Assembly: GCA_964645535.1 (NCBI GenBank)
Contig: CAZYCQ010000056.1
Location: 1-20,136 of the forward strand
Length of the DNA stretch: 20,136 nucleotides
Direction of reading: 5' to 3'
Source of the DNA: an uncultured archaeon
GTDB lineage: Archaea > Asgardarchaeota > Heimdallarchaeia > Heimdallarchaeales > Kariarchaeaceae
A program made the position numbers and the translations under genes. Below are positions 7,280-16,642 of this stretch, one piece after another; the stretch's first letter is position 1, and every line of letters begins with the position of its first letter. The notes below the pieces were generated by a model that worked only from the letters and a program-made list of their open reading frames with translations, did not search any database and was not told the DNA's origin.

Positions 7280-8473
7280 ATGGAACCACGGAAATTTTTG
7301 GTTCTCTTTGCCATCTTTCTGATTGGACAGGGGATCGGTGTACCAATCCACACCGTTGCCCAATCGGAGAAATTGACAATCTACACCTATGATTCCCTTC
7401 TTGCAGATCCAGGATTCGATATAGAGGGGAATTTCTCTGCTTTTTCCGGCATTCCGCGTGAAAACATTGAGATAGTCAGATTTGAGGATGCCGGATCGAT
7501 TCTGACCCGGGCGGTAGCAGAGAAGGATTCACCTGTGGCAGATGTATTGATTGGTCTTGACAACGTCCTTATCCATCAAGCACGGACGGAAGACATTCTT
7601 GAGCCTTATAAACCCAATGGAGCGGAAGGTCTCAGGGATGGCTTGGTTGATGATCTCGCACCGGATTATCTGATGACCCCATATGATTATGGTGTTTTTG
7701 CCATATGGTATGATGAGACCCGATTTGAAGGATTTCAGGGAGATTTTAGCTTGGAAGCTCTCAGAAACCCTGAAGTGGCCAAGCAACTAGTGGTTGAAAA
7801 TCCACAGGTTTCTTCGGTAGGTCTTGGATTTCTTCTTTGGAGCATCGCAGAGTATGGTGATAAGGTCTTGGGGGATGATGGGTCTGCATGGAAGGATTTT
7901 TGGGCAGATCTGGCAAAGAATGATGCCCGATTGACACCAAGTTGGGGAGATGCGCTTGATCTCTTCTTTGATTCCTCAGCAAACAGGTCAATGATGGTTT
8001 CATATACTACAAGTCCAGCTTATGGTGAGTGTAATTTTGGAGGCGACACAACCAACGCGATAATCACTGAGACGCAAGACGGTTACGAAGGCTGGTTCCA
8101 GATTGAAGGCATTGGCCTTGTCAAGAATTCCGACAATAAGGATCTTGCCAAAAAATTCATTGATTGGTTCATCAGTGAGGATGTCCAGAAGGAAATTTAC
8201 GTCCATCAATACATGTATCCTGCACTGGACAGCGTAAAGACTCCTGAATGTTATGTGAACTCAACAATTGACAAAGACCAGATTACACCCTTGAATTCAA
8301 AGATACCTGCTTCCGTCATCAACGAGACACTGGATCAGTGGCTTGCAGATTGGGAACAGACTTGGGCAGGAACAGATGTTGCATTTGTTGATGGATTTCC
8401 ATTTTATCTTGCGATTTCAGGGATCATGATCATTAGTCTAGTCGTAAAAAGACGCAAACCGTTAAAGCATTGA
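7280..8473 (+). CDS. thiB: Thiamine ABC transporter substrate-binding protein
   Basis: Signal peptide; LTIYTYDS, PVADVLIGLDN, PYDYG, ENPQVSSVGLGFL, SWGDA, VSYTTSPAY, QIEG, AKKFIDW and MYP motifs typical of ThiB/TbpA; C-terminal TM helix and basic tail. Confidence 0.9.
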   Translation: MEPRKFLVLFAIFLIGQGIGVPIHTVAQSEKLTIYTYDSLLADPGFDIEGNFSAFSGIPRENIEIVRFEDAGSILTRAVAEKDSPVADVLIGLDNVLIHQARTEDILEPYKPNGAEGLRDGLVDDLAPDYLMTPYDYGVFAIWYDETRFEGFQGDFSLEALRNPEVAKQLVVENPQVSSVGLGFLLWSIAEYGDKVLGDDGSAWKDFWADLAKNDARLTPSWGDALDLFFDSSANRSMMVSYTTSPAYGECNFGGDTTNAIITETQDGYEGWFQIEGIGLVKNSDNKDLAKKFIDWFISEDVQKEIYVHQYMYPALDSVKTPECYVNSTIDKDQITPLNSKIPASVINETLDQWLADWEQTWAGTDVAFVDGFPFYLAISGIMIISLVVKRRKPLKH

Positions 8474-8495
8474 AATTGCAGATGGTACCTGTTCA

Positions 8496-10109
8496 ATGAA
8501 TACTCAGTCCTCGTTATTGCTTTGGGTTCTTCCCCCTAGCCTTTTTCTGCTGGTATTTTTCTATATTCCATTGGCAGATGTAATATGGTTAGCGGTTTCC
8601 CATCCTGGAGGATGGATAGAAACCATAGGCAACCCTCTTTTCTTGAGATTTCTGTACTTCACATTTGTACAGGCAATTCTTACTACAATCGGTTCAGCAT
8701 TGATAGGTTCGGTAAGTGGATACCTTTTAGCACATGGACATCCCTATTCAGAGAAGCTGATTGGTTCAGCTTTGACAGTCCCTTTTCTTCTTCCCCCACT
8801 GTCTATTTTGGTTGGGTTTGTCTATTTTTTTGAGCCAGCAGGACTGCTTTCCAGTTTAACTCCTTTGAAATTTGATATTTTTGGGAATCCATGGGCGATT
8901 GTATTGGCACATACACTTTACAACATTTCAGTTTTCGCAAAGATAACTGCCTCCGGATTTCGTAATGAACCGGCTGACCTTCATTTCATTGCATCAGTGG
9001 ACGGTGCCTCTTGGGGGAGAAGGTTTCGGACAATAACCATCCCGCATATTATTCCGATGGTATTGGCTGCTTCACTTATCACATTCCTTTATGCATTCAA
9101 CAGCTTTGCAATTGTCTTGCTGTTGGGAGAAGTGCGATTGCAGACATTAGAGGTCATGATCTACACCCGAACCCGACTTAGGTTTGATTTTACTTCAGGT
9201 GCCATTATTGCATTATTCCAACTGATGGTGAATATCATTGTCGTTCTTCTTTACCTGAAAATTAGCAGTAAACGGAAAATACATACTGAAGGAGGTGAGA
9301 GACTGGTATACCTTGTTTCGCAAAAACAAAGAATCATGGCAACCGGATTTCTTCTTTTGGTAATTGCCCTGACTTGGTTTCCTATTCTTTCAACCTTTGT
9401 CAAATTTATGGAAAGTTATTCAAATGCCTCAGATATACAAAAAAGCCAACTTATCTCAGGGAGCTATGATTCGCTTCTCGGAACCTCACCTATTCGGGTA
9501 TTGCTGAACACGGTCTTTTTTGCGTTTTTGACAGGTGTCATTGGTCTGCTTTTGACTATTTTCTTCATCCTTTTCTTGCAACGGCAAAGGGGAGAGATGG
9601 GGAAAAATGTGGTCTCTTTTTTCACAATCCTTCCAATGGCAACTTCAGGGGTAACTGTGGGATTTTCAATCCTTGCATTATTTGGGTCTTCGTCCTTGTT
9701 TTCAGACCTGGTTTGGGTATTCATTCTTGCATCGCATTTGATGGCTTCCCTTCCTTTTGTGGTCAGATCGATGCTCACCGCCTTCGACTACATTCCTCAA
9801 GAAATGCTGTATTTATCAGAGATGCTTGGTGCAGGAGAGATTAGGACATTCAGGAAGATTGTTTATCCACAGATCAGAGGAGCGCTTCTAGTGGGTTTTC
9901 TTTTTGCCACCGCAATTTCCGTGGGTGAATTTGGATCGACATTCTATCTTTCCCGTGGAGAATGGGTAACTATGTCCACTGCCATTGGGAAACTGTTCAA
10001 TTCAAGATACACCATGTTGCCTCTTTTCTTTGCCAGTCTTCTTTCCTTGGTTTCACTCATCCTGTTCTCTCTTATTGAGTGGATAGGCGACTTGGATCTG
10101 AAGGTGTGA
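8496..10109 (+). CDS. thiP: Thiamine ABC transporter permease
   Basis: 537-aa polytopic membrane protein with two ABC permease repeats (FTFVQA, VPFLLP, LAHTLYN, ASVDGAS...F; EMLGAG...F...YP, SVGEFG). Lies between thiB and the ATPase. Confidence 0.88.
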   Translation: MNTQSSLLLWVLPPSLFLLVFFYIPLADVIWLAVSHPGGWIETIGNPLFLRFLYFTFVQAILTTIGSALIGSVSGYLLAHGHPYSEKLIGSALTVPFLLPPLSILVGFVYFFEPAGLLSSLTPLKFDIFGNPWAIVLAHTLYNISVFAKITASGFRNEPADLHFIASVDGASWGRRFRTITIPHIIPMVLAASLITFLYAFNSFAIVLLLGEVRLQTLEVMIYTRTRLRFDFTSGAIIALFQLMVNIIVVLLYLKISSKRKIHTEGGERLVYLVSQKQRIMATGFLLLVIALTWFPILSTFVKFMESYSNASDIQKSQLISGSYDSLLGTSPIRVLLNTVFFAFLTGVIGLLLTIFFILFLQRQRGEMGKNVVSFFTILPMATSGVTVGFSILALFGSSSLFSDLVWVFILASHLMASLPFVVRSMLTAFDYIPQEMLYLSEMLGAGEIRTFRKIVYPQIRGALLVGFLFATAISVGEFGSTFYLSRGEWVTMSTAIGKLFNSRYTMLPLFFASLLSLVSLILFSLIEWIGDLDLKV

Positions 10110-10113
10110 CATA

Positions 10114-11067
10114 ATGGGATTGGAAATAGAGGATTTATCAGTTTCATTTGGGAAGACAACGGTCATAGAGGGATTTAACTGCAAGATTCAGCAGGGAACC
10201 ATCGGAGTGCTACTTGGCAAGTCTGGATCTGGAAAAAGCACGATCCTCAAAACAGTCAGTGGGATAGTCATTCCCGAAATGGGAAGGATACTGATTGATG
10301 GGGAAGACGTAACTTCCATGCCAATTCGAGAACGAAACATTGGGTTTGTCCCTCAACACCAACTTCTTTTTCCGGCACTTAATGTTTACGAGAATATCGC
10401 CTATGGATTGAAATCCAGAAAAAGCCCAAGGGAAGAAATCAAGAGAAGGGTTCAAGAGATAACAGAACTTGTAGGGCTTAAAGGTATGTTGGAAAGGAAA
10501 CCAAGTACTCTTTCAGGAGGTGAACGCCAACGGGTGGCTCTTGGTCGGGCACTTGCACCTGAACCGAAACTCCTATTGATGGATGAGCCTTTCAGTTCCC
10601 TTGATGAAGCAGAGCGGCTAAGGCTGGCATTGGTCTTCAAACAGATTCAGCAGGATTTAGGAATAACAACCGTCCATGTGACCCATTCGTCAATTGAGGC
10701 AGATCTGCTTGCAGATAAGGTCATTATCCTAGAAAAGGGGAAGGTTATGCAGGAAGGTTCTTTTGAGGAGGTAAGGAAATCTCCAAAAACTTTTTCCACG
10801 GCACAATTGCTTGGTCATCCAAATGTTTTTGAGGATCTTCCGGAAACATTCAAAAAGAGCTGGAAGCTGACGAACACAAGGCATCCGTTCATTCTTATTG
10901 ATCCCTATCGCCTCTATTTATCTGATTCAGGAGTTTCTGCAAAAGTAGTTTCGGTAACTGCTGAAGGAACCTACCTCATGATTCACGGCCTCTTCTTCAA
11001 GGCAAGTTCAATTAAGAATGTGAAAGTGGGTGATTTGGTCAAAGTAGGTTACAGAAAGAAAGATTAA
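10114..11067 (+). CDS. thiQ: Thiamine ABC transporter ATP-binding protein
   Basis: Walker A GKSGSGKS, signature LSGGERQR, Walker B LLMDEPF, H-loop VTH. Starts 4 nt after thiP. Confidence 0.85.
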   Translation: MGLEIEDLSVSFGKTTVIEGFNCKIQQGTIGVLLGKSGSGKSTILKTVSGIVIPEMGRILIDGEDVTSMPIRERNIGFVPQHQLLFPALNVYENIAYGLKSRKSPREEIKRRVQEITELVGLKGMLERKPSTLSGGERQRVALGRALAPEPKLLLMDEPFSSLDEAERLRLALVFKQIQQDLGITTVHVTHSSIEADLLADKVIILEKGKVMQEGSFEEVRKSPKTFSTAQLLGHPNVFEDLPETFKKSWKLTNTRHPFILIDPYRLYLSDSGVSAKVVSVTAEGTYLMIHGLFFKASSIKNVKVGDLVKVGYRKKD

Positions 11068-11088
11068 GAGATTCCCCATTAGAGATTG

Positions 11089-11850
11089 ATGACCGAAAAA
11101 ACAGTGCTTATCGTTTCACCTTTTGGAGGGATAGGAAAGTCAATTACAGAAGCGTATGTTAAAAGAGAATGGACAATTATAGGAATTGGAGGGGAAAGTT
11201 CTGCGGAAGAAGCAAGGAAATATGCAGAAAATGAAAAATTTCATTTCTTTCGGGCAGATCATTTGAATCCTCAAGGTTTAATTGAGGTATTCAAAAAGAT
11301 CCGAAGTTCACATTCGAAAATAGATGGCTTTATCCATTTGACAGGGGGAAGCCTAATCAGTCAAAATGCAGGAACCATTGAATTGTCCGACTATCAGAGG
11401 GTCATTGACCTCAATCTCACATCCGCCTTTGTTACGGGGCAGGAGGCCTTCAAGTGGCTAAAAGAAATGGGAGGTGGAAACCTTATCTTTTTTGGATCAA
11501 CCACGGGGTTGGTACCTTCTGAGAAAAAACTTCCCTATGCAGTATCCAAAGCAGGAGTACATATGCTCACACGAGCCTTTGCATTGGAAGGTGCAAAGCA
11601 TGGGATTCTGAGCAATGCAATTGCGCCAGGATATGTTATGACAGACAGACATATCGATGAATTGAAATTGAAAGCTAAAAAGAAAGAGAAATCCTATGAG
11701 GACGTCATCTGGGAAATTAAAAAGAAGAATCCTCTGCATGGGTTGCTTATGCCAGAAGATTTGTTACCAATAGTGGATCTCCTATTGGAGACAAAAACCA
11801 TTACTGGGGAGATTCTCCAAGTAGATTTAGGGAAAACCACGATTTACTGA
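11089..11850 (+). CDS. Classical SDR family oxidoreductase
   Basis: IVSPFGGIG (variant TGxxxGxG), DLNL, GSTTG, catalytic YAVSK, NAIAPGYVMT, ITGEILQVD. ATG at 11089; TTG at 11086 is an alternative start. Confidence 0.88.
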   Translation: MTEKTVLIVSPFGGIGKSITEAYVKREWTIIGIGGESSAEEARKYAENEKFHFFRADHLNPQGLIEVFKKIRSSHSKIDGFIHLTGGSLISQNAGTIELSDYQRVIDLNLTSAFVTGQEAFKWLKEMGGGNLIFFGSTTGLVPSEKKLPYAVSKAGVHMLTRAFALEGAKHGILSNAIAPGYVMTDRHIDELKLKAKKKEKSYEDVIWEIKKKNPLHGLLMPEDLLPIVDLLLETKTITGEILQVDLGKTTIY

Positions 11851-11952
11851 AATGGAGTGCCGATGGAGATTTGCGCATTAAGTTTCAATTTTCCTAGTAT
11901 TTCTTGCTCTAGTTCCCGAAATGAATATTATTCCATTGACCAAGTTGCGGTT

Positions 11953-12501
11953 ATGGCACAACCTCATTCGGAATTCAATTTCAAGATTCTCTTGTTGGGA
12001 GATCCGGCTGTTGGAAAGACATCACTTGTTACGAGGTTTGTGCATGGAAAGTTCACCAAGGATTATCTTGTGACTGTGGGAATGGAACCATACAGTCAGC
12101 ATTTGACCATCGGACGGACACCAGTCACCCTTAGTATTTGGGACATTGCAGGACAAAAGGAATTTCTTTCGCTTCGAACGATTTTCTTCAAGGGAGCAAA
12201 AGCAACGGTATTGACATTTGATCTGACAAGGAGGGAAACCTTCGAAAATATTTGGAAATGGTATGAGGAAACCGATAACGCTACAAAGGGGCAGTACTTT
12301 CTTTTGGTGGGCAACAAAAATGACTTAAAAGAACAGAGAAAGGTTTACCGGAGAGAAGGCAATCAACTTGCCAGGGAATTGGATAGATGTATAGGCTATA
12401 TTGAGACTTCAGCTCTGACAGGTTATAGAGTTGAGGAAGCATTTGTCAAGCTTGCCCAAAAGATCCTGGTTTCAGAGCAGGAAAAACTTCGAAGGATCTG
12501 A
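11953..12501 (+). CDS. Rab-like (Ras superfamily) small GTPase
   Basis: G1 GDPAVGKT, G2 T in YLVTVG, G3 WDIAGQ, G4 NKND, G5 ETSA; FKILLLG start. ATG at 11953 preferred over GTG at 11857. No C-terminal Cys. Confidence 0.92.
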   Translation: MAQPHSEFNFKILLLGDPAVGKTSLVTRFVHGKFTKDYLVTVGMEPYSQHLTIGRTPVTLSIWDIAGQKEFLSLRTIFFKGAKATVLTFDLTRRETFENIWKWYEETDNATKGQYFLLVGNKNDLKEQRKVYRREGNQLARELDRCIGYIETSALTGYRVEEAFVKLAQKILVSEQEKLRRI

Positions 12502-12505
12502 AGGG

Positions 12506-12931
12506 CTATTCGTTGTCATTTAGCCATTGCTGCAATTCACGTTCCAAGTCGACATCAAGCAAAACAATTCCATATTCTTTCTCAATGATTTTCTCAAAAT
12601 CATCATATCTTCCTTCAATAAGGGCTTTTGTCATTGGGTCGGAGGGATTGAAAAAACGATCGACGATATCAAGGACAACACTATGTGAAACTTCAGAATC
12701 CTTCGCCTTGACAAATTCACCGTCATGGTAGTAAGGAACATCCATGATCCATTTGGTATGGCTTTTGCGTACGAATTGAATGGTTGCATCAGAATCCTCA
12801 TAGGTAAACCCAAGATAGTTATCCTTGTTGGTTGATGCAGTTTCTTGGTGCTGAACCAACTCAAGGGCCTCTTTAACAGAAATTCGATCATGGTCGATTG
12901 TTATCCCTTGGGAATACCTGAAATAATGCAC
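12506..12931 (-). CDS. Hypothetical acidic protein
   Basis: 141-aa ORF with natural composition, filling the gap convergent with the GTPase. No motif recognised. Confidence 0.7.
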   Translation of the reverse strand: MHYFRYSQGITIDHDRISVKEALELVQHQETASTNKDNYLGFTYEDSDATIQFVRKSHTKWIMDVPYYHDGEFVKAKDSEVSHSVVLDIVDRFFNPSDPMTKALIEGRYDDFEKIIEKEYGIVLLDVDLERELQQWLNDNE

Positions 12932-13015
12932 TACAATAAATACACGCGATCATTGATAAACATGAGCTATGTTGCAAGGAATCTTAGATTAAGCATAGCG
13001 CAAATACTTGACAAA

Positions 13016-13810
13016 TCATGCCGCAAATCGTGACCCAATAGTGTCAGAAGCACTCAGCTTCGTTCTGTTCTCATAGATATCTTGGGATTCGAGGTTTACC
13101 CAAACGTCGAACTTCTTTTCCAATGCATTAACAATTCGATCAACGAGGATCTGGAGCTCCATTTCGGAGTTGGAATATTTCACGGAAGAAGTGCTGATCT
13201 TGATTTGGTTTTGAGGACCGAAAATCAGTTTAGCAGTGATGGAGCCATTGGTAGATAACCATTCAAGCTCAATTCGATCCCCGTAATCTGTTTTTGATAC
13301 AAATCTGAATTCTCCAAACCATTTACCCACAAATTCATCACTGATCTGTAAGATCTTATCTCGATCCATTTGGGAAACATGTATTTTTCCAGAGACCGTA
13401 TGGGTGTGAATTGTGGGCAGGAAGTCGGGGGTTCTCCCGAACCGATCCATTAATTTTGTCGACAGTACAATTCCCCGTTCTGTTAATGTATATCCTTCTG
13501 GTGTTTTCCTTAGGAGATCCTTCTCGACGAGCCGGTTAAGGGCCTTGGTCAGTCTTGCCTGATGGATGTCAACTTTTCTTCTGAGGCCTTGGAAACTGAT
13601 GATGACTTCATTACCCTTGGTAATTTTTTTCATGTGGTTGACTGCTCCAAAAAAGTCCAAGATGACATATTCTTCACTGGTCAGTTGCTCATCATTATAT
13701 AGCTGTTTGATTAAGTTGGTATCGAAAGAGCTTGAATCCAAGGGAGTTATGACTGTTGTTGATGCGAGAGGATCAAACTCGATGAGATCGGGGGGGTATT
13801 TTTGATCCAT
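13016..13810 (-). CDS. Winged helix-turn-helix domain protein
   Basis: ISFQGLRRKVDIHQARLTKALNRLVEKDLL...GYTLTERG is a wHTH pattern, followed by an uncharacterised C-terminal domain. GGAGG lies upstream of the ATG on the minus strand. Confidence 0.75.
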   Translation of the reverse strand: MDQKYPPDLIEFDPLASTTVITPLDSSSFDTNLIKQLYNDEQLTSEEYVILDFFGAVNHMKKITKGNEVIISFQGLRRKVDIHQARLTKALNRLVEKDLLRKTPEGYTLTERGIVLSTKLMDRFGRTPDFLPTIHTHTVSGKIHVSQMDRDKILQISDEFVGKWFGEFRFVSKTDYGDRIELEWLSTNGSITAKLIFGPQNQIKISTSSVKYSNSEMELQILVDRIVNALEKKFDVWVNLESQDIYENRTKLSASDTIGSRFAA

Positions 13811-13928
13811 TGTAGGCCTCCTGTAGAGTTGGAATATGAATCTACTCTATAAAGTAGGTTACTCCGAGAAATATTTAAACATAGGGATTTAAGAAGGTTT
13901 TATCCAATACCGCCCTCTTTAGATATAA

Positions 13929-14546
13929 TTAAAGGGATTTTTCATGCGATTTATCAATTATTCGAAATATGGTCTCGAATGCCTTGATCATGAGCTCAAA
14001 GGACATTGAAGCATATCTTCCGTTCAGAGCCTGTTCAGGAAGGAGGGGAACATGGATGAAACCAGCAGGTATATCGAGATGTTTTATTCGCAGATACCGC
14101 ATGCATTCATAGAAGATTTGATTACAGCCGTAAGTACCGGCAGAAAGCGAAATGGAGCAGGGGATACCTTTTTCACGAAGACCCTGAACAATTCTTTTCA
14201 GCGGAAGCGTCGAAAAGAAACCATCTTCCCCTTCAGAATCTAGGAATTGCCCCTCAATGGTTGTCCCGCAGTTGTAAGGGGTTGAGGTTTCAGCATAGTT
14301 GATGGCAATCCGTTCAGGAGTAATTGCGTTTCTTGGTGCCTGACCCGACATAACAATGTAATCAGGTTGGATGTCATCAATCAAGTTCCGAATAAGAGGC
14401 CTGATTTCATGAAAACGGAGCGGGATAACCTTTCCAATGATTTCAAGTCCATCATATACCATTTTGTCAAAATGTTGTACAAGAAGATGGGTAGGGTTGA
14501 CCCGATGCCCTCCGAAAGGTTCGAAACCAGTAAATAGGAGAACCAT
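13929..14546 (-). CDS. pcp: Pyroglutamyl-peptidase I
   Basis: TGFEPFGG..NP, catalytic Glu in PERIAIN, Cys in SAGTYGCN and His in GFIHVP. Confidence 0.93.
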   Translation of the reverse strand: MVLLFTGFEPFGGHRVNPTHLLVQHFDKMVYDGLEIIGKVIPLRFHEIRPLIRNLIDDIQPDYIVMSGQAPRNAITPERIAINYAETSTPYNCGTTIEGQFLDSEGEDGFFSTLPLKRIVQGLREKGIPCSISLSAGTYGCNQIFYECMRYLRIKHLDIPAGFIHVPLLPEQALNGRYASMSFELMIKAFETIFRIIDKSHEKSL

Positions 14547-14658
14547 ACATCAACTATCCAGAACACCTTTTGTATTTTTGCCGGAAGGCAGGAATTTTTG
14601 GGAACATTGAAATTTCCTGAACAATGAAAAATTAAAACTAGGTAGACCATGCCGACAC

Positions 14659-15648
14659 ATGAAAGTTGTTTTTCAATATCAAGGACTTTTGACAGAGAGA
14701 TACAAGTCAAAATTCCTGAAGAATCTACCTGAAGAAATTCAATTGGTATTTATGGAAACGCGGGATCAAGAGAAGTTTTTGCAGGAGATGGAAGATGCTG
14801 ACATTCTTGTGGGGTACCGCATCACCCCAGAACTGATGGAACGGGCAAAAAAATTGAAACATATTCAGATACCATGGACAGGGTTTGATAACCTTGGAAA
14901 GGAACATCTTAAGGGGAGGAATGATATTACCGTTTCAAACTCCCATGCCAATTCGTTGGCAATCGCAGAACATGGGATCAGTCTACTATTGGCAGCTGCC
15001 AAACTTTTGACTCAGAGGGATATGGGGATGCGAAAGGGGGATTGGACGTCAAGGTATGAAGAGGTTAATTCGGTATGGCTAACAGGTAAGACAGCCTCCA
15101 TCATAGGATATGGTGCAATCGGGAAGAAAATGGCAAGGATGCTGAAAAACGGATTTGGAATGGAAATCTTGGCGATTAAAAGGCATCCAGATGAAGAGGA
15201 TGATATAGCAGAGTTCGTTGGGAGACCGGATCAGTTGCAGGAAGTCCTTCCAAAATCGGATTTCGTCATTGTAGCAGTCCCTCTCACAGATGAAACCAAG
15301 GGAATGATCAGGGATGAACATTTTGATTTGATGAAATCAACAGCAGTTCTAGTAAATATTGCCAGAGGTCCAGTGATAGAGGAAAAAGCGCTATATGATG
15401 CACTTGCCAAAGGGAAGATCCACTCTGCTGGAATTGATGTTTGGTACAATTATCCAAGGGGTGATCAAAGGATCATATTCCAGAATTATCCATTTGAGAA
15501 GCTTCCAAACATTGTAATGACACCACATAGTGCATTCAAAATTGTAGATCGTGAGGAGGTGTTCGTTGAAGACATTATTGAGAATATTCGGAGAATCTTT
15601 GAAGGAAAACCACCGATAAATCAGGTAAATCTAGAGTTAGGGTATTGA
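14659..15648 (+). CDS. D-isomer-specific 2-hydroxyacid dehydrogenase
   Basis: AIAEH, GYGAIG, PLTDETKGMI, NIARG, GIDVW, VMTPHSA. Confidence 0.92.
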   Translation: MKVVFQYQGLLTERYKSKFLKNLPEEIQLVFMETRDQEKFLQEMEDADILVGYRITPELMERAKKLKHIQIPWTGFDNLGKEHLKGRNDITVSNSHANSLAIAEHGISLLLAAAKLLTQRDMGMRKGDWTSRYEEVNSVWLTGKTASIIGYGAIGKKMARMLKNGFGMEILAIKRHPDEEDDIAEFVGRPDQLQEVLPKSDFVIVAVPLTDETKGMIRDEHFDLMKSTAVLVNIARGPVIEEKALYDALAKGKIHSAGIDVWYNYPRGDQRIIFQNYPFEKLPNIVMTPHSAFKIVDREEVFVEDIIENIRRIFEGKPPINQVNLELGY

Positions 15649-15724
15649 AAAACTGAATTGCGTTATTCAAAAATTATCTTTTTTGGAATAATAATGTTAT
15701 TAATATTTGAATTATAGAAGGGGG

Positions 15725-16642
15725 ATGTGGGGTAAAGTATTGGAATTTGACATTGACTTGATAGCCAACACAATTGATGAAGTTTCCGAATTTGTGAAGC
15801 ATACTGGCCAGTGGGTGATTGAGGCAGAACGAAGAAGATTGAAGGATGAGGTCAACAGGATCATGAAAAATGCGGCATTCATTGATCATTGTTGGATCAA
15901 GCGCCAAGAGGAAATAGTAGGAGTGGTGAGAATACGAGATACAACTTTCTATAGCCTTGGGCTTGATCCGAAATTAACAGATGAGGAAATCGATATGATT
16001 CTTGACGTAATCATTCGCGACATAAGCTATTGGAAACCCTCGGAAATTGAAGCAAGCGTTCATGAACGATATGTCCCATTTTTGGAACGGAAGGGGTTTG
16101 AACGAAAATTTTCAAGAGAACAGATGGATGTCAATATAGACAAAGTAAGAGGGTTAAAAAGGTTGGAAGGTGTAAAATTCAAATCCCTTAATTGGAAGGA
16201 GAAGAACAAATACCGAGAAATGTTTGTGGATGCGTATACAGGGACAATAGATGAGAAAATCGAAATGTTTACACCCTTGAATGCAAATTTCATCCTTGAG
16301 ATAATTAAATCAGAGGAATTCGGGGAAGTTCTAAAAGATCTATCTGTTTTCATTGAAGAAAACGGGGAATATGTAGGAGGAGTAATTTGCACATACTTTG
16401 AAGAGAGCATTTTTGTGGCAATAATCGGAGTGAGAAAGGCTTACCAGGGGAAGGGATTGGGAAGAGGAATCTTGACTGAAGTGATGGAAAGGGCAAAACA
16501 AATTGGAAAATTCGAAAAGATATCTCTCTGGGTTACAACGGAAAACGAAGCAGCCAGGTCCCTCTATCTTTCAATGGGGTTCAAACCTAAAATCAAGGTC
16601 TATGCATTGAGAAAGCAAATCAATTATCCTGTTGAAACCTAA
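15725..16642 (+). CDS. GNAT family N-acetyltransferase (degenerate N-terminal plus canonical C-terminal GNAT domain)
   Basis: IGVRKAYQGKGLG acetyl-CoA motif and NEAARSLYLSMGF; N-half FLERKGF suggests a second GNAT fold. ATG at 15725 preferred over TTG at 15707. Confidence 0.82.
   Translation: MWGKVLEFDIDLIANTIDEVSEFVKHTGQWVIEAERRRLKDEVNRIMKNAAFIDHCWIKRQEEIVGVVRIRDTTFYSLGLDPKLTDEEIDMILDVIIRDISYWKPSEIEASVHERYVPFLERKGFERKFSREQMDVNIDKVRGLKRLEGVKFKSLNWKEKNKYREMFVDAYTGTIDEKIEMFTPLNANFILEIIKSEEFGEVLKDLSVFIEENGEYVGGVICTYFEESIFVAIIGVRKAYQGKGLGRGILTEVMERAKQIGKFEKISLWVTTENEAARSLYLSMGFKPKIKVYALRKQINYPVET

Noticed and set aside
11857-11952. 32-aa N-terminal extension of the GTPase from GTG 11857
   Set aside because: The sequence looks like an AT-rich intergenic/promoter region; ATG 11953 gives a typical small GTPase N-terminus.
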